From the NCBI GenBank assembly GCA_965644295.1, contig CBFFRP010000191.1, positions 2,522 through 66,521 on the forward strand: DNA of 64,000 nt. Direction: 5' to 3'. The DNA is from Paraphysomonas bandaiensis. Lineage: Eukaryota; Protista; Chrysophyceae. The notes beneath the pieces were generated by a model. The model ran no database searches and was not told the DNA's origin. It was given only the letters and a program-made list of their open reading frames with translations. How positions within the stretch are numbered: the stretch's first letter is position 1; every line of letters starts with the position of its first letter. A program made the translations under genes and the position numbers. Shown here in pieces: positions 35,365-48,739 of this stretch.

Positions 35365-38300
35365 GAGACGTTTTTCGACAAAGTGGACCAACCCTCCACT
35401 TGTAGGACCGCAGATGGTCCCACTCGTCCTAAAAAAACAGGCACTCACCATCCCACACCCAAACTCACACTCACCATCACCACCACTTTTATGTATGAGT
35501 ATACTGCTGTATACCGGTATACAATGCAGTGGAACAGCACATGAGACTCTGAATATGTGCGTATGTATGTATAAGATACAGTCACTTACAGGCAGCTCGA
35601 CAGCATGTACCACCTTCAGAGACATTAAAGTGCATGCATCATAAGTATATTTACTATGGCAGCGTATGATCTAAGAAATAGATGATTTTATCGAAAGATT
35701 TTCTTGTAATATGTCATAACAATACAGATGTCGGCCTCCTATAGATTGCAACCGCCAGGAGCGTTGGACGACCCTCAGAGGGTGACCAACACGACAGATA
35801 CATTGTAGACTATATATACATTGTTAGTGAAGCCGTAATTTAGCATTTATATACGTCTTAAACATATTTTCCTTCTAATTGTAACGCTATCACATGCACC
35901 GACACGTGCCACCCCAGACGCCCATAGATCACCCCCAGAGTGCAAAGTAGACTTCCGGTACATTATAAACCATGTGTCTAATATATTTTTTCTATAACGT
36001 TACATTGCCATATATATATGTGATTTAATACATTTTAATATTAAGTACCCCTATTTTATTTTCTGTAATACCATAGGCACCGCTATGGACCACCCCACAA
36101 GCCCCCAGATCTTTGCTTGTAGACGACCTGAGAAAGTTTGAAAGCGTTTCTAAGCTACTTCAAACAGGAGTCTAGTCAAGTGAATATTTATGAAGACCGG
36201 AACATTTTTGGCGGCTTGTTGATGGACTTCGGGGTTAGGTATCCCAAACCTGCTTTAAAGAAAACAGTTCCATTGCTAGTGATCCGAATTCTGAGAATGG
36301 AATTTGAAAAAATCCAAGCAAGCGAATAATTTGAGTTGACAAGATCTGGGAAAGATTCTGTTAGAATATATCTCCGTACAGACAGCGAATGTAACAGTAC
36401 AGATGATGATGAAGCTGAGGTTGGCTATGCGGAAAAATTTCTTCAGTGAGCTAAAAAAATTAAGAAATGAAAGATTGAAATATCTAAGTACAGGTGCTCG
36501 AGTCTTGTAGTATGTACTTCCAATACACTTGAACGCCAATGCAGTAGTGGTTTTGGATATCATGTGATTTTAATGACTAATACTAAAACTGGAATCTACT
36601 GATGTGTTTACTTACTGAATAGTGATACTCATATGTACGGATACTCCGTCAATACAACCCTATTTAACAACAGTATTGCAATATATTGTTCCCTAGCCCT
36701 GCTACAAGGACTTAATAATAAGGTGAAACAAATGGATGACGCTGTTCTTTATTGAATGTTAACATATTTATCTTAATGTTTGTTAAGAGTATATTTATAT
36801 ATTATTGTTTTTACTTCTTAGATGTGATTGTACCAGATACCTTTTCTTGTTTTGTACTACTTAAAGTTATTATCATTCATAAATGTGTTACAATTATCAT
36901 ACGATTTCTGGAGAGGGAAGGACTGAAAGGACGTTATTTTTCTCTCTCGTTTTCATGCTAATCCAAGAGGAAATCTGACCAACAGTAAGCCATTTCCAAG
37001 GCTCTACAAAGTGTAATTTCATGTACCGTCGGATTGTAGGAGCCTGTCTTTTATCACGCATATCGTACTGTAATGTCAACCAGTCTTTGATTTCATCAGT
37101 AAATGATTCCACTACGTTTTCCTTGTTTAGTCGACGGGCATATCCTGGACTGAGGGGAAATACTTTCCGAGGTCCCATGGTGAAATGGCAAATGAGAAAA
37201 TCGTTTTCACAGGAAAATGTCCTATGTAGAAATTCAACCACACCCTCGTGGAGATGGGCTGCACTGATCACCACGTCATTTACTTTGTGCAACCTTATTC
37301 CCACTGAAATCGTCACGGCATTGATTGAAGAGCAACTAACTTTCGAGACAACGTTCCCTTGAACATCCATTTGGGGTAATTCCTGTAAGGAAGATATTCT
37401 GATGCTTATCTCTTTCTGTGATATATCCATTTTCCCACCTAGCAGTATGTTCGAGGGATGAGATTTCATGCCAGAATCAAGCAGATCTAGAATTCGGACT
37501 ACAGGTGTCGGAAATTTGCGAGTCGTGGAATGAGTTTCCACAGTAGCTGGCGTTGAGGAAGAGCATGTCGACCGTGCTGAGGGAATAGTAGGTTTGTACT
37601 GGCTTAATACGGACTCTATTCTATCACACTCCATTCGATCTTTCATTAATCTCTTCGTCTTTGCGTCAAGCTTTCTCTGTTGAACCGCTCTCTTAATTTT
37701 GAGCCTTGTTTCGTGAGTCGGCTTCGGTAATAGTTGTCGACTAATTGCTTCAACAGACTGCACTGATGACTCAACAATATGTGCCCCGGTTGGCACTAGA
37801 GACATCGCACCTCTACGCTTACTTACAAGATCCTACTAAAAAAATCAGCATTATCAGACGGCAGTATTAGTGTTGAAAAGAATTATTAAACAGCAGATTA
37901 TTACACTTACTGTGTGAGGCAATATAACTCCTTTTCCCAAGGGTGGTACTTCCTGCAAAACAACCGCTGAAGGCAAGAACTTATACCCAATTATGTCGCT
38001 GATCCCTTTGATGGCGGACGGTACTCTGACAGACTTTTTGTGTCGAGGTAGAACATCTCTTGAACATGATACCCTACAGGGGATTTTTGTGGAAGTTCGT
38101 TGACAACATCAGCGACATTGACAAAACTCTTTCCATTATTTCTTGCCCTCTTTACAGTCCCTTTGATAAAAGCAGTGATGGTAGCGGATCGACATTTCCC
38201 ATGTCCAGGCTCCTCAAATTCTCCAGGATACGAATGCTCGTGTCATCAGTAGCAGTCGTTTTCAAGTGTTCATTCATATCTACCAAAGCACAAAGTGGCA

Positions 38301-38631
38301 AAGTTGACTTGTAGTAATCGACGTTATCTGTTGCTCGAACTGGGGGTGTTAAAAGATACAGTCACCATCTCCGACTGGGAGATGGTCTCCGGCAGCAAGG
38401 CGAGTCTTCTTGCCGGAGTTTCTTCCATCAAGCTCAACAATATGGGTCTACACTACAATAATACACACTTTTTATTCTCTATCTATATGGATATGGCGCC
38501 TGGCTCCTTAATAGAAATTGTGGTCATTTTGACCACAATTTCAAAGCTCTACACTCATGTTCCATACGAAAAAACACAATACAAAAAAATGAAGTGGGAC
38601 CAGACTGGTCCGCTTTGTCGAAAAACGTCTC
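35365..38631 (-). mobile_element. Sola-like DNA transposon (degenerate)
   Basis: 26-bp TIRs GAGACGTTTTTCGACAAAG(T/C)GGACCA (35365-35390 / 38606-38631), GAG...CTC termini, CATG on both sides as 4-bp TSD. Disrupted minus-strand coding includes FEEPGHGK...AFIKGTVKR (~38150-38222) and ORF 36897-37805. Confidence 0.7.
36897..37805 (-). pseudogene. C-terminal part of the Sola-like element protein (ends in an HTH/homeodomain-like WLTVGQISSWIS)
   Basis: 302-aa ORF inside the TIRs; upstream coding is broken by stops. Confidence 0.5.
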
Positions 38632-38996
38632 CATGGCACTGACACATACAGCTGTAGATACTTGGGCTGTATTCTGTTTTTTTATTCATACCTAGGAATT
38701 CCTATGTAGTGCTATGCATATACTGTACATGTACATACAAACCGATCTACAGTAGTATACAACATAGCATGAATTGACCCACCCACCCAGAGAGATGTAC
38801 GGTAGAAATATAACCACAAATCACATTAACCACTATATACCCTTCAAGGCAACACTAGATTTATTCCTGCTTTGAAGTTACTTTGGCGCCCTGAATATTT
38901 GTGTGGCTCAACGGATGCTGTTTTGTTTGCACCGAAATCTCAAGATTTTACACCAGCCTCAGAGGTTTCCTTCTCCGTTCCTTCGGCCTTCCACAA

Positions 38997-39827
38997 ATGG
39001 GATCTGGCATTTCATCTAAAATGAAAAATTACTCGCTCGCTCTCTGTAATACAATGTTTTTTTGCAAAGTTTCCAACAGTGAACGGGGCTTTTCTGACTT
39101 TCTCCCCGCTGATTGTGTATTAGAAGTATTATTAGAGTCTCTCCATGTGCTTGAGAAAAATACTCTGGAATTGCTGTTTGTTATTCCATTATACAAAGTG
39201 GAATCTGTGAGTCAGAGTGGCTATGTACTCCGTTTAATGGTGTCGAAGAATTTATTTAAGCCCACAACATTAGGAAGTTGCACGATAACATTCACCACTT
39301 ATCGCAGCGAGCAAATGTCAACTTTAATTAATCGTGTTTCGGATGCTTTGATTTTTGCCAAAGGGAAGGCGTATTTATCCACAGTGAGCTTTCAATACTT
39401 TCACTCCTATGTCTTGTCTGGTGCGACTCTTGGCATTGGTGGCTGGGTGCGCAAAGCGGACACATTTCTCCATGGTAGGAAACTATCAGCAGAGCAAGGG
39501 GTACACACCATTCAGCACCTTGTGCAATGTGGAATTGAAAGTTATACGGCATTCAGGTTTGTGTTTAATCGTCTTTTTTGTGAGCAGTCGCTAGGCATCT
39601 TGCTACAGGAATGTTTCAACCCCAGTCAAAGGGAAGCCCTTGCTAACCATTTTAAAGAAAGCAAGCTACAGTTATCTCCATACAGTGCAAATCAGCATGA
39701 AGGACTGATTAATTTTACCGTAAAAGCGAAAAGGAGAGTGTCAGCTAGTGCTACTGAAGACGGCACGGAAAATGAAACTTCTGAGTGTGGATGTTGTAGT
39801 AATGCTTCGGATAATGCCTGTGATTAA
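38997..39827 (+). CDS. Hypothetical protein with possible N-myristoylation start (MGSGISS)
   Basis: Uninterrupted ORF 38901-39827; first ATG at 38997. Confidence 0.6.
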   Translation: MGSGISSKMKNYSLALCNTMFFCKVSNSERGFSDFLPADCVLEVLLESLHVLEKNTLELLFVIPLYKVESVSQSGYVLRLMVSKNLFKPTTLGSCTITFTTYRSEQMSTLINRVSDALIFAKGKAYLSTVSFQYFHSYVLSGATLGIGGWVRKADTFLHGRKLSAEQGVHTIQHLVQCGIESYTAFRFVFNRLFCEQSLGILLQECFNPSQREALANHFKESKLQLSPYSANQHEGLINFTVKAKRRVSASATEDGTENETSECGCCSNASDNACD

Positions 39828-40016
39828 ATGTGAACAGATACAGTCTAAAAAGAGCAGTGGATAGTGTTTTCTCTGTCCCTTTACGTATATTTTAAATCTA
39901 TATTTATGTTTTTGTGATTCTGTAGCTATAGATGCACAATATATAATTATAACTACATGTATATTTTGTTTCCATTTATGGCTATATTCAAATGTGACAT
40001 TTTATTAGGATTCATC

Positions 40017-40280
40017 TTAATATAGGATAGTACATACGAATTATGATGTTCAATGAAATATATCATGAACTGAATTAGAGAAAGTATCTGTTGAAGATAC
40101 GTGATCGTCATCATAATGATCGTCATTATCAGTTATACTTGAAGACAATGTACGAGAATACAGTGAAATATTGTGATGTACTACTTATAATAATGCTGTG
40201 ATGATATTAAGAAACTGAAATAGTTTGATCGTTCAAGATATATATTTATATATGTTTAGTAACGAGAGGTTCACATGTGT
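40017..40280 (+). repeat. Third Copia-like family PPT/LTR fragment
   Basis: Matches 16041-16160 inverted; 40137-40178 also matches 45191-45231. Confidence 0.55.
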
Positions 40281-40359
40281 AGGAGATTATGCTTTTCACG
40301 CAGACCATTGAGGACGCCATCCAGGGCTCTCGGGTATGCATGTTGCTTCATATTGAAGC

Positions 40360-40723
40360 ACAATCTAAAGTTGTTGAGAGGCTTTTCGTCGTGCAAAGTT
40401 AATTATCACACCTGAGCGTAAAAACATGAATCTATATCGTCTAGAATCATTGCTATTCCTACGAGCCAATTACATGTTGTGGGATGCTTACAGCCTCGAT
40501 GAAGCCCTGCAAGAAGATCCTGATGTGCCAGTAGAGAGCGAGAAGTAGTTACAATTCGTAGTCTGCTATTTAATTAAAAATTAGTAATTAAGGGAGCACC
40601 ACATTATCTATTATCAGCGGTATTATCTGCTTTAAGTTAGTAGGTATTAATGGCCATTAACGGCATTATAATTGCCGGGAACTGGACTACCACTAATGGG
40701 CCATTAATGGTTAGCAGGCCCTG
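40360..40723 (+). mobile_element. hAT transposon 3' remnant (dimerisation domain + subterminal repeats + TIR)
   Basis: With a frameshift reads VVERLF/RAKLIITPERKNMNLYRLESLLFLRANYMLWDA; repeated ccattaa motifs; ends ...gcaggccctg (CAGGG-type TIR). Confidence 0.65.
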
Positions 40724-41690
40724 AATTATAGTGCCCTTCACACATGGCACACCTATTTGAGAAGAAACAACCTCGAAAGTATTTTGAACACTCCAAGCAT
40801 AAAATACTCATTTTGAATCAAGACAAACAATATTGTCAAAACATTCCAAATACCATGACAAAAGCATTTCTGAAAATTTGATACCGCTGAACAAATATTC
40901 TTCGTAACCTTCTTGTACGAACCCTCAAAGTTGAATACGAAGAACCATTGAAACAACTATCAACACCTCTCTATTACGTGGAATGCTATCATATATTCTG
41001 GACGAGGAATCCTGGTTGCATACAAACAAAGAAAACAAGGCATGGAGAGGGCAGAGCCTCCAATCTATAATACAATCAATAGGCTATACATACCTGTTGA
41101 GATTAACTTACAAAGCTTGAACATGTCCAGACATTCGTTGCCTGATATCGGCCCACTGCATTGCCAAAATCTCGGATATTCTTCCCAATGTTTGCCACTG
41201 GAAGATCAACAAACACCGATGAGAAATTGACTTCGATGTGTCTTTTAATTTTACCACTATATACGTAGTACTAACACAACTCACAGCTGTTGGGATACGG
41301 ACCGACTGGATACTGTGTGCTATGATGTTATTTCGGCTCCCAACAGCTGGAGTTTCTACAATGGTATAGGGAATATACGTTATAGTGGGGCCCTCTTGGA
41401 TCCACAACTATCATATGAAAAATCCTGTAGAAAATGGTCATGCGTTTTCATTCCTACATACACACACCAGCAGGAGCAGCAGCAAGCATAACAACAAAAG
41501 AAAAATACATACATGTGTACTGTATTTATTATATCCAAAGACCAGTTCGATAGTGCCCTTAAAACTATTCCATGTCGTAATATGATGATGGGCATGGCGC
41601 TATTAGCAGTATGAGGCCGAAAGTTTATTACTTATATACATAACATCTTGCTGTAATTTACTTGGTTTCAGAATCCTGATCGAGGATAGA

Positions 41691-44600
41691 ATGACATCAG
41701 TGGAGTCGGAAGCTGAGGAGAATGGGTTTGGTACGGGTACGCGCATTGTTCCATTCATTCTTCTTGTCGTATATGCCTTTGTTGGGGTATTTGCAGTTGG
41801 AATGGATGAGATGTTAAATGGCTTAGAGTATTACGCTAAGGACACGACTTATCAGTCAATGATGCAAAGGATATATCGAGAGGTTATGGTTATGGGATTG
41901 TCATCTTTTGTATTGGGTATTATGGAATCGGGAAATATCTCTCTTGGCGAGGATTGGGATTTGGCCTATTACTTCGCTGACCAATGTTCATTTATTACGG
42001 CCTTGTTTTTCGCATTCCACGGGTTTGGAATCATGGCAATTTCTATCCGGGATGCCCGGGCATGGGAACGGGCTGGAAAAATAAAGTGTGACGACTTGGT
42101 ACGTGATGTGGAAGAGTTCCGTGCATTCCACCCACTGTTGTGGCGATATCGTGTACTTCCCCTGTCATCTACTAGAAATCAGGTCGAATTCCGCATGTTT
42201 CGGGCTCTCTTCTCTTCTACTTATCACATTGGTGCGGACACTCGTACATTCGACTTCAGTCATTTCTTACGTAAGACACACGAAAATAACTTATTAGAAC
42301 TAATCAATCTGAATCCATGGAAGTGGTGCCTTATGATAGTTATGATAGGCTTTGCCTCTCTTGAAGGAAGTGTATATACCCCGTCATGTTCGACTCCAGA
42401 CTGTGAACGACGCATACAACTGTCTTTATTTATAGCCGGGGGGTGTCTAGTCTTCCTCTGCTCCGTTGTACTGGTGTATATTGGCCGCAAAAGTGAATAT
42501 TTACTGCTTAGAAAAATGGGTGTATTCGGTGTGGCTGACTATGATATATTTCTTATGAAAGAAAGGAGAGTAATTGAGCTCATAAGCAGCAGGATACTCG
42601 ATAGACATACCATAGTCAGTACCATTGCAGAGCTCAAACATGAAAGTGCTGTAAAGAGCTTTCATAAGCAAGAAGGATTGTTGTTGTCCGCCACTGAAAC
42701 TGGGCGCACAAGTAGTTCTCATGGCCCATTAGATACGTCAGGAACATCCAAGAAGCGAATTAAAAAGAAAATTAAACTGACAAAAAAACACATCAGTCCG
42801 GCGATAGGGAGGGCACGCGGAATACGATCGAATTCGAAAGCTGCTGACCGTACTAGTAGTCCTAAGGATGATGCTACATGTGGTGCTTCATGCGGAGACA
42901 GTAGCGCCCCCGGAAGCGTAACAGATGTGGCATGTGTTTCCCCTGTGGGTTCGCTTCAGCTAGCTCCAACGTACTCTCTACAATCGAATGGGTCTTTGTC
43001 TTCTCCTCGGTGTGATAGTGTTGAGTCAGTCACACCAAATGCAAGTTTCATTGAACTTGGAGGTAAGCACTAATATGTGCGTAATACTTGGGTTTCATTA
43101 CATTGATATACAGACTCAACTGTTTATCCCGAAAGAGAGTTGAGCTCCGAGACGAAAGACAGCGAACTGAAAATTGAGGTGGATTCTATAGAAAACATCT
43201 CAGCTGAGGACTGTATTGAGCAATTAGCTGGAGATACAATCGAAGACTTACCAGAAATTGGTACTATCTCAAAGCTGAATTCAGCCGTGACCTCCATGGG
43301 TTCTATCGAGTACACCTCAGTGGATGATGACGCAGTTGAAACGGATAGCGACGCTGGTTCCACGAAGTCTCGACCCCAACGGTTTAGTCTATCGAAAGTT
43401 GCGTCATCACGTATGATGAGAAGTTTGAGGGGGCTGACATCTGAGTGTAAATCAGATTCCAAGGATTCATATGAGGAACCGAAACAAAACCTTTGGAAAC
43501 AGATTTCACGCAAGGGAAGTAGTTTTAAGAACCGCCCAAAGGATGCGATATCGAGTTTAGATCACAGCGCATCTAGAGGTAAACTTCCTCTACCCCCCAA
43601 ACAACAACAAGCACGTACGAATTCTGCGAAAAATATATTTGATAGCTTTACTCCTGATGGAAGGAAAATAACTAAATCCGGTTTAGCACTGATGTCGGAA
43701 TTTTCACCGTCAGTGCTTCTGAGTAAAGACTCCACGCCAGCGCCTGTGCTTCGAGTTGAAAGAGGGTCTTCAGAAGAGTTGTTAGAGGTCAACAAGGCCA
43801 CAGCAAATAACACTTCAGATAACGTGAAGCCTCCCATTACAGCAAATAAACCGAGAGAACTCACACGCGACCAGCAGCTCGCGAGAGAAGCACTGAAGGA
43901 CAAGCTAAGAATAGGATTCAATGATGGTGCTGACCACATCACTAATTTTCGTGATATATTTTTATGGAAGCGCCCAGAATTATTTTATGGACTGATAGAT
44001 GTTGTCATGACAGCGAACTCTCTCTATTTGTCGTGGTGGGTGACTACTTTCTCTTTCGTTGCATACCGTTTGGGGCATACCGGGGAAAGTTTTATGTGGA
44101 TGTTTGTGGCGCTCTTGCCTCCTCTATGTACTTTTCCTCTTCTAGCTATAGTTATCCGCACCGCAACCATTCTGCGATCGTTAACGGAGCTCGATCTTGA
44201 TGTTGTAGCTTCTGTCATGGAAAAAACTCAAGAAATACGCAAAAATGTGAACTTGTTGCGTGGGAATTTGAGAACGCGCATCGAGCGCCTAGATGCGGAC
44301 AGCCGGGACCAAGCTGTCGCAGATCTATTCCGGAATGTTGACGATACTGAGAATGGCGAGTTGACGCGTGAAGACTTTAGACGCATGCTAGTCCGACTAC
44401 AGGTAGATCAATTGAGCATTGACGGTTTGGTCCGTTATAATTGCTATGACAGATGTTTCTGGATAAAACCACATGGAATAGTATATTTTCTGCGATTGAT
44501 TTAAACAGCGACAATGTCATCACACTACAGGTGCGTATTACTAGAAATGTAGCATACCGAGTGTAATTCTATACAGGAGTTTGAGTATTTTTTATACCCT

Positions 44601-44768
44601 GAAAAACAAGCTGAAATTGATGGAGAAAATGATAAGAAGTCTGATGAGCACTACGAAAAAATCATAGCACAAAGAGGGGAAGAGGAGGTGGCGGATAGGA
44701 TATTAGATGTGATCAACCCACAAAACAGTCACCCCAACCACTTGAGTTCAGAGGACTTCTTTGGGTGA
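41691..44768 (+). CDS. MLO-like multi-TM membrane protein with C-terminal EF-hands (4 exons)
   Basis: MLO-type motifs RIYREVMVMGLSSFVL, FDFSHFLRKT...NPWKW and FLWKRPEL...NSLYLSWW. EF-hands DDTENGELTREDF and DLNSDNVITLQEF after splicing short introns (~43063-43113, 44403-44452, 44531-44576). Confidence 0.75.
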
Positions 44769-45541
44769 GAAAGAGGCCTATATAGTCGTGTATATAATAT
44801 ATATACATATATTTGATTGTCCTGGTAGTAAAGGTTGAGGAAACGATTTAATTGTATAATACATGATTTATTGCTGTCATACTAATTACCTAAATCTCCC
44901 CAATACCTTTGGAACTGGGACAGTTAATACGATGATCAACTGTTGGCATATTGCTTACATGTCAGACATACTTATAGTCAACATTATTTTTATTACAACT
45001 CTACGGTTACGGAACTCGACACACACCAGTGTGGTGCTGAAGCCCTGTTCTAACGTGTCTTGCTATATATTATTAGGCCTTCTTATCCTTCATGTGAAGT
45101 TCATATAATCAATCTTTATCTCTAATAATACGAAGTGTACCATTACTGAATATTAGAATATGGATCTTATTCTAGTATATTCAGTATGTCACTTGAAGAC
45201 AGTGTACGAGAATACAGTGAAATATAGTGATTGTTGAGTTCTGCAATATGATGTGATATATATTGTGCAATTGAAGTGAGTTAACAGTGTGCAATAGGTA
45301 AAGTCAACTCATAGGTGTAACGGGTGATTATAGTTACAAAGAAGGAATTAAATTCAGTTACTGATGTGTGACTATACAAGATATAGAACTGACTGATGAA
45401 CATATGATAAACAGATGTTGCTATAAGAACAGATGTTTCAACATATGTTACACGAATATGTAGTGAAGTGTTCAGAATAATAATCATAATTTCTTACTTG
45501 ATTGAAAGTGCATTGTGTTCAACAGCAAGGTTAAGGTTTAC

Positions 45542-47185
45542 ATTCTCTGCCCTACGATGGCAAATACAGTCCAACATAAAGTTTCACCCTATTAACCAGC
45601 TCCAAGCCCAATGTCTCTATTGAGACCGTGGCTGAGTCACATCAGTGTGCCCAGGGCCTTTTACACTCCCTTACTGCTGCATTTTGTTGACCACCACGCT
45701 TCCGACAAATTACCTGTCACACCATGTTGTACACGCTCCAAGCCCCCCTGCCTGGCCTTGCAACCTTCACCCTACTCAACTACTTCAGTTAAACCACGTG
45801 CCTGCACCAATGCAGCGCTGACCGCACCTATGTGCTATCCCCTCAGCAGACAACTTCGTCTCACCCATCGCTTTCTACGGCTACAACCTCTCAGAACATG
45901 GCTCGTGCGAGCAGGCTCACGAAAACGACCCCCATGGACCCCCTATGCAATCACTGAATACTCTCGATCCCTCTCAACTGTGCAACAGGGCTGCCTTCTG
46001 CCGCCCACTCAACCCAACCCAACATGATTTGTCTGTACCCCCTCACCCTGTTCACCTATCACCCCCACAGCCCATCCATCTCATTGGATAGACACTGTAT
46101 TCCGCATACGGTATACTCGACTACTGTACTACTGTGTCCTACAGGATGTATACCATTCCGTGTATACCTCTACTGCTGTTGGACACATCACCATGTCCAT
46201 GTACCTGTCTACCTGTACTGTTGGACACATCACCAGCTCTCTCTCCCTGTCCAACACACTCATAACACCACTGCAGTGTCATACACACACACAGTACACT
46301 TACCTCCTCCTAGAAAACCCCCGGACAAACTATCTCCCCTCCCTTCGTCTCTGATACCTTGCCGTCATCTTCCTTCCACACATACTCTATGCCTCAGCCT
46401 GTACCCCCCTGCACCAACACAGACACTAACAAGGGCAGCTGAGGACGTCCGAGTGTCTCCTCCAGACCATCATCATCATCACGATCATCTCGTGCATAGG
46501 GCTATCAGAGTACTCGACCTCAGTGACTCTTGTTCTGTTGCGCAGTCTCACTCTCCTCAATCAGATGTTGCCTCTCTTGCACCATCACACTCCCTCTCGA
46601 CTCCCTGTAGCTGGACACACCGGATGACCCTCACATCCCACCCCTGTACAGCTATACACCCTCTTGCATGTGTTCTCTACCGCTGGCTAAGACAGCAAAA
46701 GAGCCGATTTCGACGCTTCTTCACAGTAGGCCATAACCTTTTGCAAGACCTTCATCCACATACCTCCGAGCCACTTGGAACAATGCCTAAAGGAAGGCCA
46801 CCAGATCGCCAATCTCAGAAGGGCATATTACTGTTTCCCCTAACTGCCATAAGGCTAATAAGTCAGTCCCCGTGAGGTACATAAGGCTATCTATCATATA
46901 GCGAGTGGAGTCTCATCCCAAGAGGAGACCTCCAGATCACACGCGCCGGTGAGTCCCAGGACACACGATCATGGCGAGCCTCATAACACACACTAAGAAC
47001 GGAAGTGGTTGCACCTTGGTGCTTGCGGCGACGCACAAGCAGCTTCTGTAGCGTTAAATAGTAGGATAAAAGAGTTTGTATTGATTAGTTACGGGTAGTA
47101 GTCTAACTAGTATGACTAGCATTCTTCTAGCCACTAATTGGTGCAGGCTTTCAACGCCTATTGCTAAATAATCAGACATTCAATA
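45542..47185 (+). mobile_element. Retroposon copy E, body type 2, inserted in the Copia-2 5' LTR
   Basis: 10-bp TSD TAAGGTTTAC (45532-45541, 47186-47195), single-copy in the 3' LTR; shared 3' tail. Confidence 0.88.
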
Positions 47186-48739
47186 TAAGGTTTACGTGTA
47201 GAGCAAAGTTAACTTCAGTGAAATGTCCTATGTTAACATGGTAGCGAGTGGTAGCACTGAAGAGACGAAGGAGGACAGCAAGGTGCTGAAGTTCGACAAG
47301 TACTAGGCCGAGGCGTCTGCTCAGAAAATAAAGATTCATCTGATGAAGAAAAATCGGAACCATCTGGGGTTAGAGCCGAAACCTGCTGGAGGAGGCAGAG
47401 CACAAGAATTATGGCATGAGCGAAATGACACGTGTGTTGCAACGATTAGGGAGGCTTGTGAACATGACGCTGATGTATTAGAGGTTGCCAATCAATACAT
47501 GGAGGCGAAGGCGTTACTTCCAGATGATGATCCCAAAATAAGGAAGTTTTGTCCAATGAAATGCTTCAGACGCTGGTGGATAGGTTTAGGGGTGAGTTGT
47601 GAAATGTACTCGAGAAGACTACAGCGGAATACCATAGCTTTAAAATTAGAGCCAATGAAAAGGTCGCTATTGGTATTGATAGGTTGAATGGGATAATACA
47701 GAAATTGACTAAGTTGGGACAATCGCCAACCGAGGAGAGCAAGCTCGCCAAGATCAAAAAGTCCATACATACTCCAGAGCTGAAGGAGTTGTGGTTAGCT
47801 ATTGCAATGCTGCCTAAAGCAACGACCACGTATCAGATAGTTAAAGACGCGTGCGAAGAATTCGATGAGGCTAAAAACGACAACTGGAGGAGTTCGAAAT
47901 TGACAAACAAGGAGAACAGGTCAATATGCTCGGACCACAAGGAGGTGTGGAGAATGTCAAACGCTCATTCTGTATGAAAAAAGGGCATACTGCAAGTGTG
48001 TGTCGTGTCAAACACAAAAATAAAATTTTCCAGAAGTTCAAGCGAAATGGGAAGGCTAAAGCAAAGAATATGAGGAAAGGAGCGCAACAAGTGGGTTCAG
48101 AAGCATATACAGGGTGTTTTCATTGTGGTAGCAAAGAACACAAGGCTGCTGAGAGTGTAAAAGAGGGAACAAGAGGAAGATCGATAGGAAATATGAGAAA
48201 AAAGGCTCCAAGAAGGTTAAGAAGAGTTCATCAGTGGGGTGGTCCAAATACGTAGATGATGACGTTTCATCTGGAGAGGAGACCAACATGATAGATGGTG
48301 AAGTATTTCTGACTGAAACTGGAGATGAACGAGTGTACCTGGATAGTTGTGTGCTGGAAAGCAGTTGTTTATCGTCAAGGATGATAGAGTGCTGGAGAAG
48401 TATGTAGAAGAGCCGGGAGTAATATCACTGACCAAAAAGGGATCGGCGATGGAGATCCAAGGAGTGGGAAGTTTTCAGCAGTGGCGCGGCATCAAAGTAT
48501 GTAATGATGCAGTGAAGAATATTGTCTCTGGAGGTATGCTGCGGGCTATAAGTCGAGGTAATACCAAAACCTGGGTTTTGATGTAAAACCTGGTAAGTAG
48601 TACTGTTCATGAAGATGGTGACGGGGTCGTCGTAGGTATATATGCGGTATTGTTCTGATTATTGTTGTGTGCTGTTACTATAATACACTGTACTAACTGT
48701 GTAGTATAATGGTGTAGGAGAAGTACAAAGGGAAGAAGA

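Noticed and set aside
32654-35644. ORFs with YIHT / MYVC repeats
   Set aside because: Translations of the stop-free (TACA)n microsatellite, not genes.
45611-46875. 138-aa and 283-aa ORFs in retroposon copy E
   Set aside because: Low-complexity C/A-rich sequence, frame not conserved in copy D, no RT or endonuclease motifs.
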